Source of the DNA: a virus
Taxonomy: Duplodnaviria; Heunggongvirae; Uroviricota; Caudoviricetes
Virus record (IMG/VR): IMGVR_UViG_3300037524_001291
Direction: 5' to 3' (one strand)
DNA: 24,813 nucleotides
The notes below the pieces were generated by a model. That model saw only the letters and a list, made by a program, of their open reading frames with translations, was not told where the DNA came from and did not search any database. Below, one piece after another: positions 23,920 through 24,813 of the stretch. Both the position numbers and the translations under genes were made by a program. Each line of letters starts with the position of its first letter. Within the stretch, counting starts at the first letter, position 1.

Positions 23920-24318
23920 CTATTCTACAATATCCACTTTAATAAGTTCTTGTTTACTAGCAGGTAAAGGAGTTCCAAAATCTACAGTATGACCTCCATT
24001 AGGGGTTCTGTGCCATGCTAGTCTATTTCTAAGAACTTGAATCATATCGTACCCTATCTTACTAGTTTCAGGACATTTAGGGTTATATATACCCCAATGA
24101 GCGTATCCTTTGAGTTCGGGGTATACAATATCTCTTATTTCTTCTATCTTTTTATCTATATCATCTCTAGCTTTTTGGTTTCTCCATATTTCAGTATTAT
24201 TTTCCCATAGTTTAGTCATTTCATGAAATTGACCCATGATAACTCTACTATAGATATCTAAGGCTTCTTGAATAATTCCTGCTTGTAGTTCATTTACTTC
24301 TAGATGTATTTTAGGCAT
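23920..24318 (-). CDS. Hypothetical phage protein
   Basis: 132-aa ORF with RBS GGAGAG, overlapping the stop of the upstream gene. Confidence 0.72.
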   Translation of the reverse strand: MPKIHLEVNELQAGIIQEALDIYSRVIMGQFHEMTKLWENNTEIWRNQKARDDIDKKIEEIRDIVYPELKGYAHWGIYNPKCPETSKIGYDMIQVLRNRLAWHRTPNGGHTVDFGTPLPASKQELIKVDIVE

Positions 24319-24556
24319 TTTTTCTCTCCAACATTCTATTTAAGAAATATGTATTTTCATGTGTTTTTTTTACCCACTTTATCCACTCACCACACTCATA
24401 ACAATCAGCTCTTATTTGAACCCTACCATCTTTCATTTCAAAAGAAGTTAATATAGCTTCTCCACAAGTCTGAATTAATCCACAACTACGGCATACAAGT
24501 TCTTCTACTTCTATACCTTTTGGTGCAAAAATATCAACTTTTGAAATATAAATCAT
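24311..24556 (-). CDS. Small zinc-finger protein (CxxC...CxxC)
   Basis: CRSCG and CYECGEWIKWV. The start codon is uncertain. Confidence 0.65.
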   Translation of the reverse strand: MIYISKVDIFAPKGIEVEELVCRSCGLIQTCGEAILTSFEMKDGRVQIRADCYECGEWIKWVKKTHENTYFLNRMLERKNA

Positions 24557-24813
24557 CTCCTTTAAATTTAATGTCTATGTTCCCTAGCAGAAAACGCTTA
24601 ATTTTATCTTTTCTTATTTTTAATAAATCCTTATAACTCTTATAGGTAAACACTTTTAAGGTTTTTATCTCTAAATCTCATTTTCTCAACTATAGATATT
24701 ATGTATTTTTTCACCTGTTTTATGTTACTTCAAGAGTAAAAACTATTTGTATTATTTTAACAAAAATCCCTATGAGTATTTCCTACAAATATTATTAGGG
24801 ATTTATATTAAAA

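Noticed and set aside
24534-24680. Open minus-strand stretch of about 47 codons upstream of the zinc-finger gene
   Set aside because: No start codon or RBS follows the upstream TGA. It could be a remnant but cannot be supported.
1-24813. Stop-codon reassignment as seen in some large phages
   Set aside because: Recognisable genes (TROVE, dam, DHH, dCMP deaminase, vWA) are full length in the standard code and end in TAA, TAG or TGA, and no suppressor tRNA is present in the window.

Overview
This AT-rich segment has essentially all genes on the minus strand and most likely comes from a large (jumbo-type) tailed phage of a Firmicutes/Clostridia-like host. Host and phage assignment are inferred from sigma-A-type promoters, GGAGG/GGAGTGAT RBSs, interspersed tRNAs and phage-typical genes. 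In window order it holds: the 5' part of an intein-interrupted clamp-loader ATPase; a block of orphan paralogous proteins with a shared N-terminal leader ending in [IL]xE (candidate internal head proteins); a DHH phosphoesterase; three membrane proteins, one with an MshEN-like motif; three unrelated proteins with the same 18-aa C-terminal tag; a TerF-type vWA protein; a 15-aa Gly/Lys micropeptide gene; a TROVE/Ro60 protein; dCMP deaminase; an antirepressor; a Dam methylase; and seven tRNAs plus a tRNA-like fragment. The stand-out locus is 15232-16810: a sigma-A promoter, a solo RAMP/Cas7-like protein, a hairpin-capped non-coding array of strict 5-nt units (constant KKY triplet + variable NN) divided by GGCAGTC into five segments, and a conserved accessory gene. 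This looks like a non-CRISPR RNA-guided system, matching what I recall of VIPR systems. Where RBS evidence supported a later start codon than the ORF track, I used the refined start and say so.
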